DNA of 64,000 bases from Deltaproteobacteria bacterium (lineage in GTDB: Bacteria; Myxococcota_A; Polyangia; Fen-1088), in NCBI GenBank assembly GCA_033763315.1, contig JANRKS010000031.1, forward strand, positions 1 to 64,000, read 5' to 3'. The translations under genes were made by a program, and so were the position numbers. The stretch's first letter is position 1, and the number at the start of each line of letters is the position of its first letter. Shown here one piece after another: positions 18,142 to 26,537 of the stretch. The notes below the pieces were generated by a model. The model was not told the origin of the DNA and did no database searches. It worked only from the letters and a program-made list of their open reading frames with translations.

Positions 18142-18171
18142 TTGAGCCTGTTTTGCCGATTGGCTGTCCTA
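18142..18171 (+). promoter_or_regulatory. Candidate ECF promoter TTGAGCC-N17-GTCCTA
   Basis: Same -35 element and spacing as 22352-22381; directly upstream of the ECF gene. Confidence 0.55.
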
Positions 18172-18207
18172 AGTAACAGAGCCCATGACCTTCCCGTTGT
18201 TCCCTCA

Positions 18208-18861
18208 ATGCCGTCGATGGCGCTGCGCGTAGTTCAGATCCACGCGCACGCGGTTGCCCACGAACAGCTCGACGAAATGGTCGAGCTGGTGGACGGGGTG
18301 CGGGCCGGGCGGCCCGAAGCGCAGCTTGCCTTGTGGAGGTTGTACGCACCCATGGTGACGCGCATGGCGCAACGGACGCTGCGGCCGGGCGCGGATGTGG
18401 ATGATCTTGTGCAAGACGTTTTTGTCGCGGCATTTCGTGATGTGAAGTCACTGCGCGATCCCACGAAGCTTAAATCGTTCGTCGCCGCGATCGCGGTGAA
18501 CCTCATCCGGCGTGAATTGGCGAGGCGCCGCATTCGACGTTGGTTTGAAAGCGAGTCAACGGGTGGCGAAGCCGCGCTTGCGCGCGAGCCTTCCTCCTCC
18601 GCAGCGTTTGCGTTGGGACGGCTTTACTCTTTGCTGGATCGTTTGCGCCCCAATGATCGGTTGGTGTTCGTGTTGCGCCAAGTGGAGGGCCACTCTGTGG
18701 AAGAGGCGGCGGAGCTGATGGGCATCTCGCGCGCCAGCGTGAAACGGCATTATGCGCACGTGCTTGCGCGGCTATCGCGGCACATTCAAAACGATCCGTT
18801 CTTGGTTGATTACTTGCCCCAGGTGACGACAGGGACCGAGGCCAATACCTATGACGAATGA
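18208..18861 (+). CDS. ECF RNA polymerase sigma factor
   Basis: DVDDLVQDVF, R.VFVLRQVEGHSVEEAAELMGISRASVKR; start 18208 or 18217. Confidence 0.92.
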   Translation: MPSMALRVVQIHAHAVAHEQLDEMVELVDGVRAGRPEAQLALWRLYAPMVTRMAQRTLRPGADVDDLVQDVFVAAFRDVKSLRDPTKLKSFVAAIAVNLIRRELARRRIRRWFESESTGGEAALAREPSSSAAFALGRLYSLLDRLRPNDRLVFVLRQVEGHSVEEAAELMGISRASVKRHYAHVLARLSRHIQNDPFLVDYLPQVTTGTEANTYDE

Positions 18862-20038
18862 GAATAACCTCGAGCCCGATCCGTGGATCAAGGGCGCCAC
18901 GGCGTTGATACAAGACGCCGTGCCCACGCCCGCGCGTGTGCCTCCTTTGCGCAGCACCTATGTGCGCCACCGAGGCGCGCGCTTGGCGGTTGCCGGATTT
19001 TGTGTGGTGGCTGCGTGTGCCGCGGTTGTGGCCGTGTGGCAACGTGGCGAAGCCGCCGTGACCTACGAGGTGGTAAGCGGCATTCGCGTGCCCGCCGCAG
19101 AGCCCACGATTGTGGGCGGCGGCGAAAGCGCGCTGCTGCGTTTTTCAGATGGAACAACGGCCGCCTTGGAGCCTGGCGCGCAGGGGCGTGTTCGTGATCT
19201 GCACGCGTATGGCGCACGCGTGGCGATCGACAAGGGCCGCGCTGATTTTGATGTGGTTCACCGCGAGCGCACGTCATGGCTTGTGGAGGCCGGGCCATAC
19301 ACTGTGCGTGTGACCGGCACGCGGTTCCGCGTGGCATGGGATCCCGCAACCACAGTGTTTGATTTGCAAATGCGTGCGGGCGCCGTGGAAGTGGTGGGGC
19401 CCTACATCAAAGGCGCTGTTGTGTTGATGGCGGGGCAAAGCCTGCGCGTGCGCGCTTCGGATGGCGAACAAAACGCAGCGATGGCGAACCAAAACGCGTC
19501 GGCGCCGCAAGCGCTCGAGCCGGAGCCTCGGCCCAAAGCCTCGCCGCCACGGGCGGAGCCTCGGCGCGCGACCAGCAGCTTGGCGTCGCTGACCGCTGAG
19601 GGGAAATACGCCGACGTGGTGTCGCGCGTCGATGGAGCGGGCTTGGCAAACTTGCTTCAGCACGCGCCGGCCACCGAGTTGGTGGCGCTGGCCGAAGCGG
19701 CTCGTTATACGGCACGGCTGCCACTGGCGAACAAGGCCCTGCACACGATTCGCGCGCGCTGGCCCCGCACAACCGTCGCCGCTGACGCTGCCTTTGTGCT
19801 CGGCACCCTCGCCGAAGATGTGGCGCATGATCGGGCCACGGCGCAGCGTTGGTATCAAAGCTACTTGCGCGAACAACCTAAAGGTCGATACGCGTCCGAG
19901 ACCATGGGCCGCAGCCTGGTGCTGACCCAACAGTTTGCCGGAGATGCAGCAGCTCAAGCGCAAGCGCAACAGTATCTTCAGCGATTTCCCACGGGCACGT
20001 ACGCAGGGGTGGCGCGTAAGATTCTCAGCACGCCTTGA
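18851..20038 (+). CDS. FecR-domain/TPR membrane anti-sigma factor
   Basis: One TM, LRFSDGT...VEAGPYTVRVTGTRFRV FecR motif, C-terminal TPR-like YL...P.G.YA repeats. Confidence 0.85.
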   Translation: MTNENNLEPDPWIKGATALIQDAVPTPARVPPLRSTYVRHRGARLAVAGFCVVAACAAVVAVWQRGEAAVTYEVVSGIRVPAAEPTIVGGGESALLRFSDGTTAALEPGAQGRVRDLHAYGARVAIDKGRADFDVVHRERTSWLVEAGPYTVRVTGTRFRVAWDPATTVFDLQMRAGAVEVVGPYIKGAVVLMAGQSLRVRASDGEQNAAMANQNASAPQALEPEPRPKASPPRAEPRRATSSLASLTAEGKYADVVSRVDGAGLANLLQHAPATELVALAEAARYTARLPLANKALHTIRARWPRTTVAADAAFVLGTLAEDVAHDRATAQRWYQSYLREQPKGRYASETMGRSLVLTQQFAGDAAAQAQAQQYLQRFPTGTYAGVARKILSTP

Positions 20039-21111
20039 TGCGACCTGCTGTTATCAAACCTCCGTTCGCGCCGTTCGTTGCCTGCGTGGTGCTTGCAGCG
20101 CTTTTGATTGCGCCCTTGGCCCCGCGCGCTTTTGCCAACGCTGACGCTCTGTTGTTGATCACAGGGGGCGCACCCAACCCGCTGCTCACAGACGCTGCAC
20201 GACGAATCGGCGCCGAATTGGCGTTGCGCGCGTTCGTTGTGTTTCCCGAATCCGGCGACGTGGCGACAAACGGCGCTTGCCTCACATTGGCCGAAGGCAC
20301 AGAACGCGTAGGGGCCTTAGGTGGGCTCGCCATGATGATCGGAACCGATGCGCGCACGGTGCTGTTGGTGTCTTACGATCGACGTGCAGGAACGTGTTTG
20401 TCGCATTCGGTGGCGCTGCCTTCGGCCAGCGATGATGCGTCGCTTGTGGCGGTGCGGGCGGTAGAGATGCTGCGCGCGCATTTTCTTGAATTGCGTTTCA
20501 AGGAGCGGGAACAAGTGAAAGTTGCCGCGTCGCAACCCGTGGCCGCCGTCCCCGCCCGTGATGCGGTGGCTGCGGCCCACCCAAATGAAGCGCCGTCTGT
20601 TTGGTCCGTGGGCGCTGGCGCGCAAGCGCTCGCGTGGCCACGGGGGGCCGGCATAGCTTTGCAGCCCGTGCTGGATGTGGCGCGGGGCAATGGTGATTGG
20701 AGCTTCGGGGTGCGGTTGGCCCCGCTTTCCAACGTCATGTCAGATGAGCTTGGAACGTCGACCGCAAACACAAGCGTCCGTTCGCTGGCCGTGGACGGAC
20801 AGCGCCTGTTTGGCAGGCGCAAACGTTTGCAGCCCTTCGTCCTTGCTGAGCTTGGCCTCGCCTGGATTCATTTTGCGGGACACGCGATGCCACCAGACGT
20901 CGCCCAAACCGAGGACGTGCTCACACCGATGGCAGGCGCGCACATGGGTCTGCGCATGCAAATCGCGCGTAGCGTATTTGGCGCCTTTTCGTGCGGCGTA
21001 CAGGCCTGGCGGTCCACTCCGGTGCTGCAGCTAAAAACGATCGAGCAACGTCGGTTCAGCAACCCGCTGCTGCTCGCGTCGCTGACTTTGCATTGGGGCG
21101 GCACCAAATGA
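20038..21111 (+). CDS. Secreted protein with probable C-terminal outer-membrane beta-barrel
   Basis: Signal peptide, AVRAVEMLRA helix, linker, amphipathic strands ending LTLHW; TGATG coupled. Confidence 0.6.
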   Translation: MRPAVIKPPFAPFVACVVLAALLIAPLAPRAFANADALLLITGGAPNPLLTDAARRIGAELALRAFVVFPESGDVATNGACLTLAEGTERVGALGGLAMMIGTDARTVLLVSYDRRAGTCLSHSVALPSASDDASLVAVRAVEMLRAHFLELRFKEREQVKVAASQPVAAVPARDAVAAAHPNEAPSVWSVGAGAQALAWPRGAGIALQPVLDVARGNGDWSFGVRLAPLSNVMSDELGTSTANTSVRSLAVDGQRLFGRRKRLQPFVLAELGLAWIHFAGHAMPPDVAQTEDVLTPMAGAHMGLRMQIARSVFGAFSCGVQAWRSTPVLQLKTIEQRRFSNPLLLASLTLHWGGTK

Positions 21112-22340
21112 ACCGCGTATCGGCGTGTGTTTGTGTGGCCTTTGTTGTGGGTTGCGAACAGCCGTTGGTCAACGTGGTGACCGAGGGGCGTTGCGCGCCC
21201 GTGGCGGGTGAGCCGGCGCGCCCCGCCGCGGACTTTCTCGACACGCTTGGCATCAACACGAGCCTCGCCGACGCGGAAGACGTGGGGCCCAACGGCAAGC
21301 CATACACCGCCACGCTGTCTGAACTCGGCATCCGGCACATACAATCGGGCGAGCTGTCGTTCGCCGATCACGGTCCCGGCGTGGTGCGCGTGATCAAGAG
21401 CGGCTTCGTTCCGCTGTGGCGTCTCAACCGCAATTCGGACGTGGCCGCGTTCCTAGGATCGTGGGCCGGTTTCGTGCCCGCGGTCACGCTGCCGGATCCC
21501 GATGATTTCAACTCGAACAGCAACTTCAAAGCGCTTGAGGCTTTGCAAAGGGCCAAGGTGGTGCGTGCCGTCGTCGATGCCTTGCCCGTGGCACAGCGGC
21601 CGCAGATCATCGGTTTTCGCCTTAGCAGTCTGCAGGATGTCGAAGCCGTGGGCGATCTTTCTGAATTGGTCGACGCGGGCGGCTTTCGTTCAAGCATTCC
21701 TCCGCAGGCCCCTGAAGAATCCTTTGGTGCCTGGTTTACCATGGCGCGCTCTTTGGCCAGCCGCCGCCCTCTGCTGGCCACACAGGTCGGGTACGAGGGG
21801 GGGCCCGCCGGCGCGGGCAACCCTCGCGAGGGCGAGGCTGTGCAAGCCAAGTATGTGATGCGCATTCTGTTCGAGTCGTTCAATCAAGGCGTCGTTCGAT
21901 CGTACTACGATGGCCTCTTCGATGCGTGCGGCGATTGCAATGGCGGCTTGGCAAGAATCGATGGCACGCCCAAGCCGGCCTTCACCGCTTGGCAAACGAT
22001 GGTCAAGATTCTGCGCGATGAAGCCCCCGTCACGCCGGCCGCACCACAGCTGCCGTTCACATTTGAAAGCGGTGGCAACGAACAATCAAAATTGCACCAC
22101 ACACTGCTGGTGAGGGCCGACCAGACATTCGTCTTGTTTTTGTGGTTGCAGGGCCGCAGCAATGACGTGGACATGACGGGCCTCGTCAAACTTCGCGTGG
22201 GCTGGCCGCTGCGCTCGGCAACGCTGCGTTCGCTCTTGAGCCCCGCAACCAGCGCCTCACTCGATCCGACTATGCCACTTTCCATACCTGTCACTGATAT
22301 GCCCGTCGCCGTGCTGTTGCAGACGGCTTGCAGCCCCTAG
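21108..22340 (+). CDS. Lipoprotein with clan GH-A-like TIM barrel, catalytic glutamates apparently substituted
   Basis: Lipobox VVGC; DFLDTLGINT, LGIRHI, ATQVGY, GL.R.DGTPKPAF motifs; ATGA overlap. Confidence 0.7.
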   Translation: MNRVSACVCVAFVVGCEQPLVNVVTEGRCAPVAGEPARPAADFLDTLGINTSLADAEDVGPNGKPYTATLSELGIRHIQSGELSFADHGPGVVRVIKSGFVPLWRLNRNSDVAAFLGSWAGFVPAVTLPDPDDFNSNSNFKALEALQRAKVVRAVVDALPVAQRPQIIGFRLSSLQDVEAVGDLSELVDAGGFRSSIPPQAPEESFGAWFTMARSLASRRPLLATQVGYEGGPAGAGNPREGEAVQAKYVMRILFESFNQGVVRSYYDGLFDACGDCNGGLARIDGTPKPAFTAWQTMVKILRDEAPVTPAAPQLPFTFESGGNEQSKLHHTLLVRADQTFVLFLWLQGRSNDVDMTGLVKLRVGWPLRSATLRSLLSPATSASLDPTMPLSIPVTDMPVAVLLQTACSP

Positions 22341-22351
22341 GCGAAACTTTC

Positions 22352-22381
22352 TTGAGCCCCGTTTTCGTGCTGAACGAACTA
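22352..22381 (+). promoter_or_regulatory. Candidate ECF promoter TTGAGCC-N17-GAACTA, likely leaderless transcript
   Basis: Matches 18142-18171; ATG begins 8 nt after the -10 element. Confidence 0.55.
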
Positions 22382-22388
22382 GAAGGGC

Positions 22389-24077
22389 ATGAAGTTCCAA
22401 TCGCGTGTGATGGTGCTGGCCACGCTTTTCCTCTGGGCGTGCAGCGGCAAAGTGGATTCGCAGAGTGGCGATCAGGGACGGGAAGCCGGCGGCGGTGAAG
22501 ACAATGGGCCGGGGCCAGGCGGTGGCGGCGGAACGGCGTCCGTGGGTGAAGCCAAAGCCGTGGGCACGTTTCCGTTGCGCCGTTTGTCTCGCACCGAATA
22601 CAACAACACCGTCAAACAGCTTTTGGGCGACACCAGCCGGCCCGCCGATTCGTTTCCACGCGAAGCGCGCGCCGCGGGAGGCTTCGTCGAAACCCTGGGA
22701 GCCTCGTCGGTTGAGATCGCGCGCTATCGTGAGGCCGCCGACAATTTGGCGGCTGGCACCGTGAAACAGCGCTGGAGCCGCGTGGTCCCGTGCACAACGG
22801 AAGACGACGCGTGCGCCAAGACGTTCATCGAATCATTCGGCGCACACGCCTTTCGACGGCCCTTGTCCGCAGACGAAGTCACCGAGCACCTGAACCTATA
22901 CAAGAAGCTGCGCGCCGCCCCGATCGCGTTTGATCACAAGCTGGCCGTGCAAACCTTGATCTCAGCCATCCTGCAATCACCGCGGTTTCTGTACCACTTC
23001 GAGAAGCCTGCTGGTAAGCCCAAGGTGCAAGACGGCGCTGTGGTGTTAAGTGGCTACGAAGTGGCGTCGCGGCTTTCGTATCTTTTATGGCAAAGCATGC
23101 CCGATGACGAATTGTTTGCCGCTGCCAAAGACGATACCTTGCTCTCACCCGACGAGCTTGCCAAACAGGCGCGACGGATGTTGGCGGATCCAAAAGCGGG
23201 CGATGGTGTGGGCAGTTTTGTTGCGCAGATTCTGGACGCGGATCGTTTGGAAGACATCGACAAGGATCGCGACGTCTATCCAAGCTTTTCTTACAACTTG
23301 GCCACGTCGATGCAGAAAGAAACGCGGGCGTTTGCGGCGTGGGCGTTTTTGCAAGCGGGCACCCTCGACGCATTGCTTACGTCAAACACAACCTTCGTCG
23401 ACAAGAACCTAGCCACACTCTATGGCGTTAGCGACGCTGCTTCCTTTGGAACAGAGCTCAAAGAAGTGAAGCTAGATGCCAACACCCGCTCAGGCTTGTT
23501 GACGCAAGCGTCATTCCTTACCGTGCAGGCCGCGCCTTTTGAAACATCGCCCATCAAGCGCGGCGTGGTGTTGCTTGAACGCTTTCTGTGCGAGCGCCCG
23601 CCCGTGGTTCCCGACCAAATTCCCGCGCTCAAGCCTTCGAAGCCGAATATGCAGACGCGCGAGAAATTTGAAGAGCACACCAAAGATGGCGCTTGTGCCG
23701 CATGCCATAAGGTAATGGATCCCCTGGGGTTTGCATTTGAAAGCTTCGATGGCATCGGTGCTTATCGCCCCATGGATCAGGGGCGCCCCGTCAACACGTC
23801 GGGCAGCCTCGAGCTTGATGACAAGACTGTGGCTTTCAGCGATGCCAAAAGCTTGATGGCGGCCATGGCAGCCAGCCCCACCGTGCAACGTTGCATGGCC
23901 ACGCAGCTCATGCGCTTCGGCTTGGGCCGCGACGTGCAAGACGCCGACGCGTATTCACTCGGCAACGCCACGAAACTGTTCCAAGCGAAAAAGCGTGATC
24001 TGCGCGAACTGCTGGTGGCATTGGTTGCCACGCGTTCATTCCTTTTCCGTGCACCCTTCGAAGGAGAAGTGCTTTGA
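22389..24077 (+). CDS. DUF1592/DUF1588-family heme-binding lipoprotein (copy 1)
   Basis: LWAC lipobox; LRRLSRTEYNNTV, AFRRPL, SPRFLY, ASRLSY.LW.SMPD, TSPIKRG, CAACH. Confidence 0.9.
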   Translation: MKFQSRVMVLATLFLWACSGKVDSQSGDQGREAGGGEDNGPGPGGGGGTASVGEAKAVGTFPLRRLSRTEYNNTVKQLLGDTSRPADSFPREARAAGGFVETLGASSVEIARYREAADNLAAGTVKQRWSRVVPCTTEDDACAKTFIESFGAHAFRRPLSADEVTEHLNLYKKLRAAPIAFDHKLAVQTLISAILQSPRFLYHFEKPAGKPKVQDGAVVLSGYEVASRLSYLLWQSMPDDELFAAAKDDTLLSPDELAKQARRMLADPKAGDGVGSFVAQILDADRLEDIDKDRDVYPSFSYNLATSMQKETRAFAAWAFLQAGTLDALLTSNTTFVDKNLATLYGVSDAASFGTELKEVKLDANTRSGLLTQASFLTVQAAPFETSPIKRGVVLLERFLCERPPVVPDQIPALKPSKPNMQTREKFEEHTKDGACAACHKVMDPLGFAFESFDGIGAYRPMDQGRPVNTSGSLELDDKTVAFSDAKSLMAAMAASPTVQRCMATQLMRFGLGRDVQDADAYSLGNATKLFQAKKRDLRELLVALVATRSFLFRAPFEGEVL

Positions 24078-25609
24078 TGTTTAAGCCCACAGCCAAAAAC
24101 CCCGGCACGGAATCGCGCTGGAGCCGCCGCCGGTTCCTCTCGGCCGCTGGTCTGAGCGGTGCATTTTTGCCGTTGCTCGGCACCGCGCGCGCCGATGGCG
24201 CCGCGCCGAAACGCTTGGTGACGATCACGTGGACGGGCGGCATAAGGAAAGGCAACTTCTGGCCCGTGCTCGGTCCCACCGGCGGCGAAACCGATTGGCG
24301 CCTGTGCATGCCTGGCGAAGGCCCAAGCTTCGCTCCCTTCACCATGCCCGTGCTTGAGCCGGTGGTGAAAGACTTCCGCAAAGACATGATCATCTTGGCC
24401 GCGATGGATAGCTCTGCGTTCATCGAAGGTACGCCCAAAAACGGCACAGAGAAGCCGGGCGGTGCCGGCGGACACGACCATTTGCCGTGTTTGCTGACGG
24501 GCACGCCGATGGCTGAATACCGTGACTTCTTTGAGACCGCGGGTGGTCCCTCCATCGATCAAGTGGTGGGGCGAGCCGTGGCTGAACGCGCGAATTTGCC
24601 CTTTCACGCTTTGGTTTTGGGTGGGCGCACGGGCACGGGCTACCAGGCTACCGTGTGTTACGCAGGCAAAGGCGACGGCGGCATAACCCCCGAAACCAAC
24701 CCTGCGCGGCTATTTAAGACGCTGTTTCAAGGGCGCAACCTCGGCGGTGAAATGTTCGACAAGAATTTCGCCGCACAAGCCAGCGTCCTTGATTATCTCA
24801 GCAAAGATCTAAGCCGATTTGTGAACCAGTTCGGCGCACCAGAAAAGCAAAAAGCACAATCACACTTTGATGCGATTCGAGATCTAGAGCGGCAATTCAG
24901 TGCGCCCTCCGCGGTCTCATGTGCTTTACCCGCACAGCCGGCCGCCGAGTTTAAGGGCGACGCCGCTTACCCGGCGCTGCTCAAAGCGCAGTTTGATCTA
25001 CTGACGGTGGCTCTCAAGTGCGATCTGACCCGCGTGGCGACGTTTAACCTCACGGGTAGCGGCGGCGACGACATACATTTTCCGTGGTTGGGTCAAGAAT
25101 TCACCGAGCCCACGAATGATGGGCCAGGCAGCTACAAAACGCGTCACTTGCACGAGATCTCGCATTCTGAATTTCACGGAGGCGCCTACGCGCGTCGCCA
25201 CGCGCTGGTGGCGCGTTGGTTCTGGGAACAAGTGGCGTATTTCCTGGGGCGGCTGCGTGACACGCCCGAAGGCAACGGCACGATGCTCGATAACACGGTG
25301 GTGGCCGTGGTGAACCACATGGGCCTCAACCACGCGGTCAGAGGCATTCCCGTTGTGTTGTTCGGCAGCTGCGGTGGCTACTTCAAAACGGGCGGGCGGC
25401 TCATTCGCTATGGTGATCACAAGCTGACCCGATACACGTATTTTTGGGGCGAGGGCGATCAGTCCGATGCGAACCTGGGGCCGCGCTTCAATAACAGCGG
25501 CGTGTCGATGAACCGTTTGCTTGCGTCGCTGGGCAACGCGATGGATGTGCCGATGGCGACCTTCGGCGATCCGCGTTTTGGCGGTGAGCTAACAGAGTTG
25601 AAGGCTTAA
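24077..25609 (+). CDS. DUF1552 (HXXSH) Tat-exported protein (copy 1)
   Basis: SRRRFL; GPSIDQ, ALKCDLTRV, HEISH, GTMLDNT; TGATG coupled. Confidence 0.9.
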   Translation: MFKPTAKNPGTESRWSRRRFLSAAGLSGAFLPLLGTARADGAAPKRLVTITWTGGIRKGNFWPVLGPTGGETDWRLCMPGEGPSFAPFTMPVLEPVVKDFRKDMIILAAMDSSAFIEGTPKNGTEKPGGAGGHDHLPCLLTGTPMAEYRDFFETAGGPSIDQVVGRAVAERANLPFHALVLGGRTGTGYQATVCYAGKGDGGITPETNPARLFKTLFQGRNLGGEMFDKNFAAQASVLDYLSKDLSRFVNQFGAPEKQKAQSHFDAIRDLERQFSAPSAVSCALPAQPAAEFKGDAAYPALLKAQFDLLTVALKCDLTRVATFNLTGSGGDDIHFPWLGQEFTEPTNDGPGSYKTRHLHEISHSEFHGGAYARRHALVARWFWEQVAYFLGRLRDTPEGNGTMLDNTVVAVVNHMGLNHAVRGIPVVLFGSCGGYFKTGGRLIRYGDHKLTRYTYFWGEGDQSDANLGPRFNNSGVSMNRLLASLGNAMDVPMATFGDPRFGGELTELKA

Positions 25610-25765
25610 GCCGCGATCGGTAACGCGGGCCGGGGGCAGTCGTCGCCACGCAGGCATCATCGAGGTCGCGAACGTTGCGCGAAGCAATCGCCTTTCCTCC
25701 TCCGGCCCGCTTGACGCCTCCGCATTGATGGCTGCGGCCAACCGAAGCATGTAGAATCGTTTTTC

Positions 25766-26515
25766 GTGACGCAACGGCAACATCAGATGACCCGCCGATC
25801 AGCATTGGCGCTGGCAGGCAGCGTGGGCGCGGGCGCCCTCATTGGTTGCGACGACGCGGGTGGCGCCGGCGCCGACGCGGGCACCAATGAATCCGACGCT
25901 GCGGCCTCGGACGTTGTCGCTGCGGATTCGAGCATCTGTACGCTTTATCCTGAACAGGTGGAAGGGCCGTACTACGTGCCGGGAGATCTGGTTCGACAGG
26001 ACATCACGGAAGGCAGGCCTGGCACGCCGTTAACGCTGCGCTTGCGCATCGTGGGCCAAGGCGCTTGCGTTCCTCTGGCCGGAGTCGCTGTGGATGTGTG
26101 GCACTGCGACGCGCTCGGGGTGTATTCAGGATTTCCTTCTCAGGTGGGTGGCCTAGATACGCGCGGCCAAACTTTTCTGCGTGGTACGCAGGCGAGCGAC
26201 GCCAACGGTGAAGTCGAGTTCACCACGATCTACCCTGGCTGGTATCCAGGGCGCACAACGCACATTCATTTCAAGGTTCGTCCCACCGCCACCTCGGAGG
26301 CCGTAGCGCAGCTGTACTTCCCCGAGGCTCTCAGCCAGCAGGTTTATGCGCAGCTTCCGCCGTACAACAGCCGCGGACCAAAGGACACGAGCAATGCCGG
26401 TGACGGAACCAACCGCTTAGGCATTCCGCAGATGCCGCTGGTCGAAAGCAAAGGCGACGGGTTCGTGGCTCGCTACGTGGTGGCGATCGCCAAGCCGGCC
26501 GGTGCTAAGCCTTGA
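25766..26515 (+). CDS. Intradiol ring-cleavage dioxygenase-like Tat lipoprotein
   Basis: TRRSAL...LIGC; EGPYY, WHCDA, TIYPGWYPGRTTHIHFK (2 Tyr + 2 His iron ligands). Confidence 0.9.
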   Translation: MTQRQHQMTRRSALALAGSVGAGALIGCDDAGGAGADAGTNESDAAASDVVAADSSICTLYPEQVEGPYYVPGDLVRQDITEGRPGTPLTLRLRIVGQGACVPLAGVAVDVWHCDALGVYSGFPSQVGGLDTRGQTFLRGTQASDANGEVEFTTIYPGWYPGRTTHIHFKVRPTATSEAVAQLYFPEALSQQVYAQLPPYNSRGPKDTSNAGDGTNRLGIPQMPLVESKGDGFVARYVVAIAKPAGAKP

Positions 26516-26537
26516 GCTCGATACGTCTTACGTCCGT

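Noticed and set aside
18185-18232. 15-codon out-of-frame upstream ORF after the ECF promoter
   Set aside because: No SD or informative composition; nothing beyond its position supports it.
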